Assembly: GCF_001447785.1 (NCBI RefSeq)
Contig: NW_015160837.1
Coordinates: 261,415 to 325,414 of the forward strand
Length of the DNA: 64,000 nucleotides
DNA from: Gekko japonicus
Taxonomy: Eukaryota
Direction: 5' to 3'
Part shown: piece by piece, positions 47,201-55,842 of the stretch
Position numbering within the stretch: position 1 is the stretch's first letter
How the letters are laid out: every line of letters begins with the position of its first letter
Notes under the pieces: model-generated
Databases searched by the model: none
What the model was told of the DNA's origin: nothing
Seen by the model: the letters and a program-made list of their open reading frames with translations, nothing else
Program-made: the position numbers and the translations under genes

Positions 47201-47337
47201 GCAAAAGCGACCACGACAACCCCAAATCCCCGCTCCCCCCTTCCCCGCCCCGCGACTCCAGAGGGAAGCCTGACCTCCTCGCTCTTCAGCACCTCCTTGA
47301 ACTCCCGCTTAATCCTCTGCACCGCGATGTTGGCCAT
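11176..47337 (-). CDS. UBE2K: Ubiquitin-conjugating enzyme E2 K (E2-25K/HIP2), spliced 7-exon CDS, 603 nt / 200 aa
   Basis: Exons of 63+94+59+83+100+129+75 nt splice in frame to MANIAVQRIKREFKEVLKSEE-TSKNQ...[20 protein letters not shown]...MGFDRNAVIVALSSKSWDVETATELLLSN*. Contains the UBC domain (HPN motif, catalytic Cys) and a C-terminal UBA domain; matches the vertebrate protein as I recall it. Confidence 0.97.
11500..11628 (-). CDS. UBE2K: UBE2K exon 6
   Basis: CATAG|TAC AAA CAA...GAT AGG|GTAAGT = YKQNPEMFKQTARLWAHVYAGAPVSSPEYTKKIENLCAMGFDR (129 nt). Confidence 0.97.
12177..12350 (+). mobile_element. Degenerate Squam3/MIR-like SINE
   Basis: GACCTTGGGCCAGTCACATAGTCTCAGCCTAACCCACCTCA core shared with 59281-59455 and 62567-62785. 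Confidence 0.6.
12848..13057 (-). mobile_element. CR1 LINE 3' end
   Basis: (AGAACATA)n octamer tail; reverse complement of the 3'UTR of the CR1 copy at 46232-46630. Confidence 0.85.
13420..13519 (-). CDS. UBE2K: UBE2K exon 5
   Basis: TTTCAG|G GCA GCA GCA ATG...AAT CAG|GTACAG = (W)AAAMTLRTVLLSLQALLAAAEPDDPQDAVVANQ (100 nt). Confidence 0.96.
13602..13997. mobile_element. Non-autonomous hAT MITE with internal ~36-40-bp repeats
   Basis: TIRs CAGGGCTATTTTT / AAAAAAAGCCCTG; 8-bp TSD CAAACATT/CAAACACT; internal second end at ~13784; lies 82 bp from the exon 5 acceptor. Confidence 0.85.
14174..14808. mobile_element. hAT MITE (CAGTGTTCCCTCTAAG family) interrupted by another hAT MITE
   Basis: Ends CAATGCTCCCTCT / GGGAACACTG; body is the reverse complement of 28189-28394. 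Confidence 0.7.
14191..14611. mobile_element. hAT-Charlie-like MITE
   Basis: TIRs CAGGGGTGTCAAACAC / TGTTTGACACCCCTG; 8-bp TSD CTCTGAGG/CTCTAAGG. Confidence 0.85.
15240..16050. mobile_element. Possible old GC-rich non-autonomous DNA transposon
   Basis: Imperfect inverted ends GCCCCGTGGCCAG..GGGGG / CCCCCCGTGGCTACAGGCCTG around a GC-rich interior; no convincing TSD. Confidence 0.3.
16398..16500 (+). mobile_element. 3' part of 5S-derived SINE
   Basis: GAGGCAGGCAATGGCAAACCA..CTCTTGCCTTGAAAACC..GGGGTCACCCTAAGTCAGCTACGACTTGACGGCAC matches the tails of the other 5S-SINE copies. Confidence 0.7.
17580..17745 (+). mobile_element. Degenerate 5S-derived SINE
   Basis: 5S box C-like GGATGGGAGACC followed by the ATGGCAAACCACCTCT tail motif. 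Confidence 0.65.
17865..17947 (-). CDS. UBE2K: UBE2K exon 4 (HPN motif and catalytic Cys)
   Basis: TTCTAG|GTG CGG TTT...CAA TG|GTAAGT = [27 protein letters not shown](W) (83 nt). Confidence 0.97.
20729..20787 (-). CDS. UBE2K: UBE2K exon 3
   Basis: TTTTGCAG|GA GGA AGA TAT...CCT AAG|GTACTG = (G)GRYQLEIKIPETYPFNPPK (59 nt). Confidence 0.96.
22047..22295 (-). mobile_element. 5S rRNA-derived SINE (SINE3 type)
   Basis: Minus strand ..AGATCTTGGAAGCTGAGCAGGGTCGACTCTGGCAAGTACTTGGATGGGAGACCTCCTTGGAATACCAG resembles 5S rRNA box A/IE/box C; (CA)n-type tail. Confidence 0.8.
23753..23846 (-). CDS. UBE2K: UBE2K exon 2 (GC donor)
   Basis: TTTAAAG|ACG AGC AAA...TAT GAA G|GCAAGT = TSKNQIKVDLVDENFTELRGEIAGPPDTPYE(G) (94 nt). 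Confidence 0.95.
25541..25860 (+). mobile_element. Sauria SINE
   Basis: Near-identical to 3774-4114; (ACCTTT)n tail. Confidence 0.85.
25868..26002 (-). mobile_element. Squam3-like SINE 5' half
   Basis: Plus-strand CCACTACACCAAGCTGGCTCTC is the tRNA head read on minus; abuts the Sauria SINE. Confidence 0.75.
26340..26510 (-). mobile_element. Old RTE/BovB-type LINE 3' end
   Basis: Plus-strand AAGTCATTTCCAACTTATAGCAACCC..CAATCCATCTCATGTCGGGTCTTCATCTTTT is the reverse of an RTE tail and an RGRP..RW.D-like motif. Confidence 0.55.
26540..26766 (-). mobile_element. Squam3/MIR-like SINE
   Basis: CACAACAACCCTGTGAGGTAGGTTGGCTGAGAG core and CTAACCACTTTACCACACTGGCTCT head. Confidence 0.7.
27555..27776 (-). 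mobile_element. 5S rRNA-derived SINE
   Basis: Colinear with 22047-22295; AGCTAAGCAGGG and GGATGGGAGGCC on minus. Confidence 0.8.
28189..28394. mobile_element. hAT MITE
   Basis: TIRs CAGTGTTCCCTCTAAG / CTTAGAGGGAACATTG; perfect 8-bp TSD ACCTCAAC. Confidence 0.88.
28404..28671. mobile_element. hAT MITE (second family)
   Basis: TIRs CAGGGGCAGATTAA / TTAATCTGCCCCTG; TSD CCTCAACC/CCTCAACT. Confidence 0.85.
32374..32692. mobile_element. hAT-Charlie-like MITE nested in the DIRS element
   Basis: TIRs CAGTGGTGGCGAACC / GGTTCGCCATCACTG; perfect TSD CCCTACAG; near-identical copy at 49920-50238. Confidence 0.9.
34257..34846 (+). mobile_element. 5'-truncated L1-clade LINE (ORF2 C-terminal CCHC zinc knuckle), nested in the DIRS element
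   Basis: Open frame RWYLTP..RCWKNCGGRGTYIHCWWECPKVRAFW to stop at 34806; TSD-like AATTTCCCCCGCCAAA (34241-34256) and AATTCCCCCCCGCCAAA (34846-34862). Confidence 0.85.
36476..36612. mobile_element. Tc1/mariner (pogo/Tc2-like) MITE
   Basis: TIRs CCATGTTTCCCCGAAAATAAGAC / GTCTTATTTTCGGGGAAACAGGG; TA TSD; three near-identical copies in the window. Confidence 0.88.
36960..37415 (+). mobile_element. Old CR1 LINE 3' fragment
   Basis: TGTGGAATTTGCTGCCAATGGATG..GATGGCTTTAAA (WN.LP..V....DGFK-like) and CTGGACTAGATGGAC..CCTGATCCAGCAGGGC 3'UTR. Confidence 0.65.
37674..39528 (+). mobile_element. Full-length ORF1-only L1-derived retrotransposon (HAL1/'half-L1'-like), ORF1 disrupted
   Basis: 14-bp TSD AAAAGCCACATGTG (37660-37673 and 39529-39542); GC-rich 5' end starting GTCTTCCGG; coiled-coil and L1 ORF1 RRM/CTD-like fragments (LRFQG, LPGEIFVKF, KVLKDVPYEIRKKRKQY); ~250-nt 3'UTR and A-tail; no room for ORF2. 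Confidence 0.85.
39718..39985 (+). mobile_element. Squam3-like tRNA SINE
   Basis: AGAGCCAGTTTGGTGTAGTGGTTAAG head; GGGCGGGGTATAAATCCAATCCTTCTTC tail. Confidence 0.85.
41068..41202. mobile_element. Tc1/mariner MITE
   Basis: Same family as 36476-36612 in opposite orientation; TA flanks. Confidence 0.88.
41800..42722 (-). mobile_element. L2-clade LINE 3' fragment (ORF2 C-terminus and 3'UTR)
   Basis: VRSLGVLLD..SRLDYCN..KLQLVQNAAA and HWL..FKVLVLTFK..GQGPTYLRD motifs; the 3' end GGGCGGGGTATAAATCC is shared with the Squam3-like SINEs. Confidence 0.88.
46232..46630 (+). mobile_element. CR1 LINE 3' fragment
   Basis: RKSFFTQSVINTWNSLPQEVVAATGMDGFKRELDKHM ORF2 end; (TTCTTATG)n tail. Confidence 0.9.
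47275..47337 (-). CDS. UBE2K: UBE2K exon 1 (coding part)
   Basis: GAGATGG Kozak context; MANIAVQRIKREFKEVLKSEE followed by GTCAGG donor. Confidence 0.97.
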
Positions 47338-47364
47338 CTCCGCAGCGGGCTCCGCCAACCCCAG

Positions 47365-47388
47365 GCCGCCGCCGCCGCCGCCGCCGCC
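47365..47388 (-). repeat. (GGC)8 trinucleotide repeat in the UBE2K 5'UTR
   Basis: Eight perfect GCC units on plus, ending 27 nt upstream of the ATG. Confidence 0.9.
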
Positions 47389-48565
47389 TCTGAGCCGGGC
47401 CGAGCTCCGCCACCCGTCGCCACCGCCACCGCGGCTCCCGCTTGGTTGATCCCCGGCCCTGCCAAAATGGCGCCTGCGCCGAGCATGCGCGCTGCGGCAA
47501 CCGGGAGCCTGCCTCTTCCTTCCCGTCAGAGAAAGGATTTAAATAAATAAATAGAGGAGAGGGAAGGGGAGGGGGGAAAGTTTCTTCGTATCGCTTCAGG
47601 GAAACCGGCGGCGGGAGGTGGGGACGGGATCGGGAAGGGCAGACGGGGAGAAGAGCGCGCGGAGGCGGCAACGGTTGCGGCCGGCCGCGGCCCTCTGAAG
47701 CCCTCTGAGGAGAAGGGGCTGGCGCCGGTTTCACCCCCTCACATCTGGGGGGGGGGGAGGTGGGAGCCCTTCCCCACCCCTCGGGACGGGTCGCCCCTTT
47801 CCCTTCCCCTCCGAAGGACTGACTGACTGCGGCACGGCTGCCTGTCCTCTTTCTCCCCGTGTGTGGCCGCAGTTTGTTCTTAAAAACATGGAGGGAGCAA
47901 CCTGAGTTAGGGGTGCCCGTAAATGCCGCGGCACACACACGGCGGGGGGAGGGCGGGCTAGCCGTCATCGGCGGCGTCGGTTGTGATGCAAGCCTGCCCT
48001 ATTGTGTGATGTGTCACACACACACACAACACACTCCTGTCTGGCCCTGGCAACGCACACACGCAGCCCTCACGCTTAGTTTGACAAGGTGGCTCACGCA
48101 GCCCCGCTTTATTCCCGCCCGAGGGCAACAGACGCCTCTTTGGGGCGGGCTTGGGTGGTGCTGCGAAAGGCTGCCGGCTTCGCAACTTCGGTATTGCAAA
48201 AAGAGGGGTGTTTTCTTCCTCTTCTTCTGCTTCTTCCAATTTACCCAGGAAATAAACTCTCACCCAGCCCGGATGGAGAGGGATGGGACGCTTTCCAAAA
48301 TGGCCTCGGGACGCCGCGGAGGAAACGGGGAGAAGACGGAGCCCTCCGTGACCCGTCGCTCTTCTCGGGCGAAAAGGTCTTGGTTTAGGTAGTGAGACGG
48401 CTTTCAACACTTTTTCTGTGCATCCGGCACTTCTTGTTCTTTTTTTTGTTTTGTTTTCTGAAAGGGCAGTAAAAAAATTTGCCCCCCCCCCCCCCCAGTC
48501 TACAAGTGGCTTTTGAGAATCCCATGAAATAACATTACAGATGAAAAATCCTTATGGGAGGCACA

Positions 48566-49170
48566 CTTTTTTTTAAAAAAATCATCTTTATTAATTTTAA
48601 ATTAATGTATAATACGGCATAATACAGTGCATCCATCTGCAAGAATGTCATCTAAATGGAAAAAGTTGAAACCTACAAGGTTAACCACTTCAGATAAAGA
48701 GGGTTAGGGGGGAGAATATCTAGGATCTGTAAGTAGGAGACTACAGGGAACCAAGTTGACACAAATGTGGAGTGGTGTGGGGTATCTGATTGTGCACACC
48801 TGAGCGAATCAGCAATTTTTGCCATGACAAGGTGTTCCCATACCTTGTCCTGCCAGTCTGTCACTGATGGTGCAGCTGGAGATTTCCAGTTTGCAGCAAT
48901 AGCCAGGCGGGCTATTGCTACCATGTTTCCCCGAAAATAAGACACTGTCTTATATTTATTTTTTCTCAAGAAGACACACTAGGGCTTATACCACAAATGC
49001 ATAGAAATCCTGCTAGGGCTTATTTTTTGGGTAGGTCTTTTTTCGGGGAAACAGGGTAATAGAGTTGATGTGAGTTCTTTTTTATGATCTTGAATAGAAT
49101 CATCCCAGTGGTTTAACAGAAAGGATTCAGGCGAGAGAGACAGATTTTGAAGAATGCTGTGTTTTGTCCA
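48566..49170 (-). mobile_element. L1-clade LINE 3' fragment split by a MITE
   Basis: Removing the MITE and one TA restores ..HWDDSIQDHKKELTSTLL|AIARLAIAANWKS..DWQDKVWEHLVMAK..FVSTWFPV; AATAAA and A-tail on minus at ~48566-48592. Confidence 0.8.
48921..49056. mobile_element. Tc1/mariner MITE inserted in L1
   Basis: Third copy of the family; TA TSD at 48919-48920 and 49057-49058. Confidence 0.88.
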
Positions 49171-49824
49171 GCAGAAGTGGCTAGATTGGCATGGCCTTCT
49201 AAGGGGCTCCTGCATCATTACTGCAGTGCAATCCCATGCAGAGTTACTCTAGTCTAAGTCTGTTGGTTTCAGGTCTGTCTTGGGAAAGCGGCTTGTACAA
49301 GAGAGTCTCTCTTGGATGATTTCCCAAGTCCCATATACATAAAACTATCACTTGGAATACACTGCTGGAATTCAGAAGTCACAGACTTTTGACACCGAGC
49401 TCCTGCACTGAGTATAATTAAAATGTGATTCACTACATCAGCTGTAAACAAGTTCCGGGTACCGCTGACCTTAAGGTGTTTTGTATGTTTTGACCGTCAT
49501 TCATCCACCCAGATGCTGAGCCACATTCCAAGTTGCCCCCAAAGCTGCATCCGGTCTACTTGGTAGGGCTTAGATAAGCGACCTAATTGGAACGAGGAAG
49601 CACATTCAAAGTCACATCCACAGCACATGCTGTATGCTATTTATTTATTTAATTATTTAATTGTATTTATACCCCGCCCTCCCCGCAAACGGGCTCTTCT
49701 GCTGGATTAGGGCATTTGTTTTATAGGACACCTTGAGCACTCCAAAGTGTATAGTCAGTAACAGTACAGTACAATCTACCTTTAATTATCTGCTGATGTT
49801 TGCCTAGAAATTACCTGCTGTAAT

Positions 49825-50460
49825 GAATCATAGAATCACAGAACCATAGAATCACTGAGTTGGGAGGGCCCATACAGGCCATCTAGTCCAACCCTGCTCA
49901 GTGCAGGATCAGCCTAGAACAGTGGTGGCGAACCTATGGCACAGGTGCCAGAGGTGGCACCCAGAGCCATCTCTGTGGGCACGCGCGCCATCGCCCCAGC
50001 CGGGCCCAGACCCTCATTAAAGTGTCGAATTCTCTGCCAAATAATTTTAAGTAAATGAAAGCATTTGGGATTGCTTTCCTTACTTTGTTTGGATCGTCTT
50101 AAGTTAATGTCGGAGTTGTTTTTTCTAAAATAAAACCTCAGTATTCAGGTTAAATTGCCGTGTTGGCACTTTGCGATAAATAAGTGGGTTTTGGGTCGCA
50201 GTTTGGGCACTCTGTCTTTAAAAGGTTCGCCATCACTGGCCTAGAACATCCCTGGCAAGTGTTCCTCCAGCTGCTTCTTAAAGACTGCCAGTGAGGGGGA
50301 GCTCACCGCCTTCCTAGGCAGCTAGTTCCACTGTTGCACAACTCTGACTGTAAAAAAGGTTTTTCCTAATATCCAGCCGGTACCTTCCCGCCCTTAATTT
50401 AAACCCATTCTTGCAAGTCCTATCCTCTGCTGCCAACAGGAACAGCTCTCTGCCCTCCTA
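49825..50460 (-). mobile_element. CR1 LINE 3' fragment interrupted by a hAT MITE
   Basis: (CATAGAAT)n tail; GGCCATCTAGTCCAACCC 3'UTR; ORF2 end sequence beyond 50247. Confidence 0.8.
49920..50238. mobile_element. hAT-Charlie-like MITE
   Basis: Same family as 32374-32692; perfect TSD GCCTAGAA. Confidence 0.9.
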
Positions 50461-50599
50461 CATATCTATCTGCCATATCTACATGTATCCTGATTGTGTG
50501 GCCCAACCTACACTTTGATTGTGATGTCAGGTTTTTTTTGCCACTGTCAGGTTGCATCCCCAGTGTGTAACGACCCCGTAGGATTTTCTCCCCCCCCCA

Positions 50600-51405
50600 A
50601 AGGGGGATTTTTATTGCTTTTTCTATAAACTACAAACTACAACGAAAAAATAGGGAGGGAACATCTACATCTAAGGAGAAAGGAAAGAAAACCACTAATA
50701 GCTAAAACCCCAAGTATAGGAGATCATTACATCAGCTTATATAAATGTTAGTCTAAAATGCTTGCATTACATTGAACATAGTCGATTAAGCTAAATTATC
50801 TATCTTTTTAACCATTTTTGTTTAAAGACAACCCCCAGAGCATCATTTATGTCACATGCTCTAAGGCATCATTCAGAGTCCTTGAGCCTTCACTTTGCTT
50901 TATCTTTTCTAATCCTCAATTGGTATTCTCGTTTAGGGGCAGCCGCCCCCTTTTCTGAAGCAGAATCCTCGCCGGAAGACACAGAGTCCAATTCACCACT
51001 AGATTTGCTGTCATCTTCTTCTTTAGCGTCCTCAACTGGTTCTCCCAGTTGCAGTCTCAGGAACTCACGTGCTTTGGAATCAGAGTCAATTTTTTCTTTT
51101 TTTGTCCTGCAGTTTGAAAATGACGCATTCAGGGGTTAACCATCTGTAGGGAATGCTGTTTGTTTGTAAAAAAAAAAAAGGATTCAGTCTTTATACTTCT
51201 TCTTCCTTATTTCAAATGGTATGTCTTTTAAAATCCTGATAGTGGTGCCTCCGATTTTCAGGGGTGTTCCTGTAGTTGCTTTCAGGATGGAATCCCTCAC
51301 GTGTCTCTTCAAGAATCTAACCACTATCTCACCAGGCAGATTATTTTTCTTGATGTAAACGGAATAGGCCCTATAGACCACATCCATTTCGCTTATAAGA
51401 CCCTG
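50600..51405 (-). mobile_element. 5'-truncated ORF1-only L1-derived element (divergent relative of 37674-39528), inside a 5S SINE
   Basis: VYRAYSVYIKKNNLPGEIVVRF..RILKDIPFEIRKK, then YRWLTPE and an acidic tail with stop at 50890-50892; ~285-nt 3'UTR ending TTGTAGTTTATAGAAAAAGCAATAAA. Confidence 0.75.
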
Positions 51406-51535
51406 TATTTTCAAGGCCAGAGACATTCAGAGGTTGTTTGCCATTGCCTGCCTCTGCACAGCAACCCTAACCAAGGCTGACCCCACTTAGCTCCCCAGAT
51501 GAGATTAGGCTAACCTGGGCTATCAAGGTCAGGGT
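51406..51535 (-). mobile_element. 5S-derived SINE (remainder at ~50563-50590)
   Basis: TTTTCAAGGCCAGAGAC..TTTGCCATTGCCTGCCTCT..CTGGGCTATCAAGGTCAGGG; its GACCCCGTAGG piece lies on the far side of the ORF1-only insertion. Confidence 0.7.
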
Positions 51536-52034
51536 GTGATCACACTAAGGCAGTTTTTTTCTTTATTTCAGAATCATGTTGAACCACACAGTAATTTAGG
51601 AATAGGTTTACAACTGCAAAAGAAAACATGAATGGTTATCTTTCCTGAGTCAGATTCTGACAAGAATGCACAGGTACTTTAAGTACGTTGTGGTTTTCAT
51701 CTACTCACAATACAGTCCTAAACAGAGTTATACATTGACTTCAACGTATGTAGAAGGATGTAACTCTTCTTAGGACTGCATTGTTGGTACCCTTTCCTAG
51801 TTCTCTTACTTGAAGAAAAAGAAGCATTATTCCGGTATCGTAGAATAGCACCAAAATTATACATGGCTTCCAAACTTCTAGGGATCCAATTCCATACCAA
51901 ATATGCCTGCTTCATCCCCTTTATTACATTGGGACCAAATGCATCAAACTACCCAGAACTGCCGCTATATAATGCAGAGTCCTGTCCAGCTTTAAAGGCA
52001 GTCATGCCATTTAATGAATGCACATGGGAAAAGC

Positions 52035-52036
<2 letters not shown>

Positions 52037-52081
<45 letters not shown>

Positions 52082-52286
52082 GTGCCCTGAAGTCACAGCT
52101 GAATTATGGTGACCACCGTAGGGTTTTCAAGGCAAGAGACAAAGAAAGGTGGTTTGCCATTGCCTGGCTCTGCATAGCAACCCTAGACTTCCTTGGTGGT
52201 CTCCCATCTAAGTCCTAACCAGGGCTGATTCTACTTAGTTTCCAAGAACTGACAAGACCGGTCAAGCCTGGGCCATCCAAGTCAGA
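52037..52286 (-). mobile_element. 5S-derived SINE with (GT)n microsatellite tail
   Basis: (GT)~21 at 52037-52078; GGTCTCCCATC box C complement. Confidence 0.8.
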
Positions 52287-52730
52287 TCCCTACCACCACA
52301 TATCTCCTTGTCATATTACTCTCATTCTGCTGCTTTTTAATGATATTAGGTTTTTCCAGACTGTCTTGTCGCTGTTCCAAGTAATGTCTGCAACTTATTA
52401 TTTAACCATAACCTTATAAAACTGAGCCAATTATGTTGCTCACAACCTCTCTGTCCTGAAATGCATCTCTGTCATATTAGCAGTTGTTCACTTCAGATAA
52501 TGAGTTACAGTATTTTGCAGTGCAATATTAAACAGCGTTATATTCTTGTAAACCCACTGAAATCAATGGGTTTAGAAGGTACAACTCTTCTTAGAATTGC
52601 ATAGTTAATTTCTCTCTTTAAAAGAAACTGCTAGGGGACTATTCATAAAGCACACCACACCTTTAAAAGGCTTCTTTATCTCGTCACAATTTGTCATTCT
52701 AGTGCAGACCTTTCACCAATTACAGAAATG

Positions 52731-53114
52731 CAGGGCTATTTTTGGGCAGGAACGCACAGGAACGGAGTTCTGGCTAGCTCCTGAATTGGCCACGCCCAGC
52801 AGAAACTCATTAGCATAATAAGACACACCCAACAGCAGAAACTCATTAGGATTGGCTACATTAGGGGCCTAGCATGCAAAGGAGTTCCTGCTACAAAAAA
52901 AGCCCTGGGTTTTGACAACAAACAAGGTAAACAGAATAAGAAGCAAAAGGTGGGTGTGGCTGGATGACCACGCTTCTGGTAACATGGGGGTGTGGCCTAA
53001 TATGATGAGTGTTGTTGTCAGGGTGTGGCATAATATGCTAATGAGTTTCTGCTGTTGGGTGTGGCCTATTATGTTAATGAGTTCCTGCTGGGCTTTTTCT
53101 ACAAAAAAGCCCTG
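52731..53114. mobile_element. hAT MITE with internal repeats (family of 13602-13997)
   Basis: Same TIRs; perfect 8-bp TSD CAGAAATG. Confidence 0.9.
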
Positions 53115-53149
53115 CAGAAATGTATACATACGATGATAGTGGCGAAATC

Positions 53150-53452
53150 CTTTTTTTTTGTTGTTAACTTTTTTATTTTTAAAGACAAAGCATACATAGA
53201 GACAAAACTAACATAAAAGAGGGGAAATTATTCTTACACTTCCTTGTTTAACAGACTCATGCCTAATTTATTGTACGTGTATACATTTCACCTTGTATCA
53301 TTATGTATATCTCTTGCAAATATATCAAAATTGTACTTTGTATGTCCTTAGAACGTTTTAATTGTCTGTATGGTTTATTTATTATTGTCTTCAAACCACT
53401 TATAAAATCTTGACCATGTATTATCAAATGTAGATTCTGGTTGTCCTTTCAA
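53150..53452 (-). mobile_element. L1-clade LINE extreme 3' end
   Basis: Minus frame ..STFDNTWSRFYKWFEDNNK*, 3'UTR and poly(A); TSD AGTGGC(G/T)AAATC at 53138-53149 and 53453-53464. Confidence 0.7.
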
Positions 53453-53499
53453 AGTGGCTAAATCTTTCACGTGCAGCAGAATGCAGGGCAATGAACTGG

Positions 53500-53963
53500 T
53501 AGAACAGACTGTGCCACTCAGGCAGCAGTAGGGGATATTATTTTCTGGATGCTCCCGTAAGTTAAAAATATCGCCCTGCCAAGTAGAAAATCAGCAGAGA
53601 AGACAGAGGTCTGCCTTGAAACTGCCTCTCCTCTATGCTAATTTTGTTCTGGCAGGGAGCATCTTCAGTCTCAAGTGGTTAAGACGCTGAATTGCAGGCT
53701 GTGGAAGGTCAGTAGTTCAGCAAAAAATATAATATATATATAGAACAGACTGTGCCACTCAGGCAGCAGTAGGGGATATTATTTTCTGGATGCTCCCGTA
53801 AGTTAAAAATATCGCCCTGCCAAGTAGAAAATCAGCAGAGAAGACAGAGGTCTGCCTTGAAACTGCCTCTCCTCTATGCTAATTTTGTTCTGGCAGGGAG
53901 CATCTTCAGTCTCAAGTGGTTAAGACGCTGAATTGCAGGCTGTGGAAGGTCAGTAGTTCAGCA
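53500..53963. repeat. Direct duplication of 223 bp with an 18-nt AT filler
   Basis: 53500-53722 and 53741-53963 appear identical by eye; separated by AAAAATATAATATATATA. Confidence 0.9.
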
Positions 53964-54245
53964 GTTCGAGACCCGGGTGCCGCATGACGGAGTGAGCTCC
54001 CGTCTCTAGTTCCAGCTCCTGCCAACCTAGCAGTTCGAAAGCAAGAAATTGCAAGTAGATAAATAGGTACCACTTCGGTGGGAAGGTAACAGCGTTCCGT
54101 GCGCCTTGGTGTTTAGTCATGCCGGCCACATGACCACAGAAACGTCTTCGGACAGCGCTGGCTCTTCGGCTTTGAAACGGAGATGAGCACCGCAACCCTA
54201 GAGTCAGACTCAACTGGCTTTCGAGGGAGGGAAGCCTTTACCTAC
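53910..54245 (+). mobile_element. Sauria SINE
   Basis: CTCAAGTGGTTAAGACGCTGA head; near-identical to 3774-4114. Confidence 0.85.
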
Positions 54246-55842
54246 CAACAAGGACTTTACACCACACACTGATAGGACCCACACATTGTTAAATATTGTG
54301 CCATTATAATTATTCACCACCTTTTTCCTGTCTAGACAGAAAAACCCAAGTAGTGAATGAGACACAGTAGCACAATATCCAACAAGGTGTTTCAACACAC
54401 ATTGACATGTTTCAGACATAACACCCAATCATGTTTTGGTCCCACTTGAATGAGGCTGGAATGAGCCTCAGGGTCCCCATGCATTGAATTAACTTGTTAC
54501 TTCCTAGTTGCGCTACCAGACATCTGTAACTGCACTCTCGTCAACATGAGGTCTGCACGAGTGCTTGTCCTGAGCCCTGTCAGCATTTATAGACATTTAT
54601 AACTGTTAAATGAATCCTTAAGGTTTCATATTTTGCTGGGAAACATCTTTTTTTTTGCCTGGTTGTTTTGCAGAGATGTTGTCAGTGAGAGCAGTCAGTA
54701 CTGAGCTATATGGACCAAGGGTGTCTGTACAAAGCAGCTACATGGAGCAGGAAGCAAAGAGGAACAGAAAATAACCAGATCATGGTAGGATAGAGGAGAC
54801 AGAGTAGTATGTACAAAGTTTAAGTAAAATTGGACATTGTGCGAAAAAGAAACGACTCGAATCACTCAAATAACAGCAATTTTTAAAAATTATTTTTATA
54901 ACCATAAAATATAATATATATATATATTTAAAACACCTTTTTTGTGTTCAAGCTCTCTGTTGCAAGGTACTCTGGAACATCATAGAATCGTAGCATTAAT
55001 TCCTAGCCCGTGTCATTAAATAATGTGAGTAACAGGCTGCATAATAGTAGAGAAGGAGAAATACAGTACTACAGTTACATCACATTTCAACCAGTAGCAT
55101 CTCTCCCATGAGACAACTTTGCTGCCTCCTCCCCAAACCCCAGATGTGAGGGGTGTTACACATTATAAATGTGGCTTTGCTGTTCTGTTAATAAGAGGCT
55201 GAAAAGCAGGTGTAACACTGCCCTCTGCAGGATGGCATATATCATCACGTTCATAAAACAGACCTATTCAGTTGATCACAACATCTCATTCCGAGCTCTC
55301 AAGGAAACTAAGAGTTTCTTTGTGACGCAGCTTAGACAGAACGGTGGGATTTAAAAAAAAATCAGATATACTCTACTAGAGCACAAGTATTATTTCAGTG
55401 CAGAATCCAGGATAAGTAGCAGCTCTGGAGGGGGTAATTGACATCAGAAAACCAATGCAGGCCATTTTTCAAAAGTACCTCCCAGAGTGCCGGACTTCTG
55501 ACCCTACCTGCTTCTCTTTGGCCGCAATTAATAGACATTTAAAGAGATGAGCCATCTGATCTCCTAGCGCAGCCCCTCCAGGAGATCATTATATACCTTT
55601 CAGCTAGACAGATCAATGGTATTACATTGTTTTTGAGAGCAAAGCAGTGCATATTGGAATAAATGGACGTAATGACACATTTTCACTGATAGGTTCTGAA
55701 TCGGTGGTAATTACTTGGGTAAGAAATGTTAATGGAAGTCTCAAAGAAAAGACCTTAGTGTGATTTGTCTTGGTGTGGGAGAATTATTACAGAAGGGATT
55801 ACAAATGTAATAGCAATCATAATCATGTGATTGTATAAGTTT

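Larger units (their letters stand above)
46995..48400. promoter_or_regulatory. UBE2K: CpG island / UBE2K promoter and 5'UTR
   Basis: Very CpG-dense around exon 1; YY1-like CAAAATGGCG (47463-47472), NRF1-like GCATGCGC (~47483-47490), GC boxes, an AT-rich TATA-like tract (~47536-47553), and a second YY1-like site at ~48296. Confidence 0.85.

Noticed and set aside
46572-48410. Several 120-230-aa ORFs on both strands around exon 1
   Set aside because: Stop-poor GC-rich CpG island and N-gap read-through; only the 63-nt exon 1 matches a protein.
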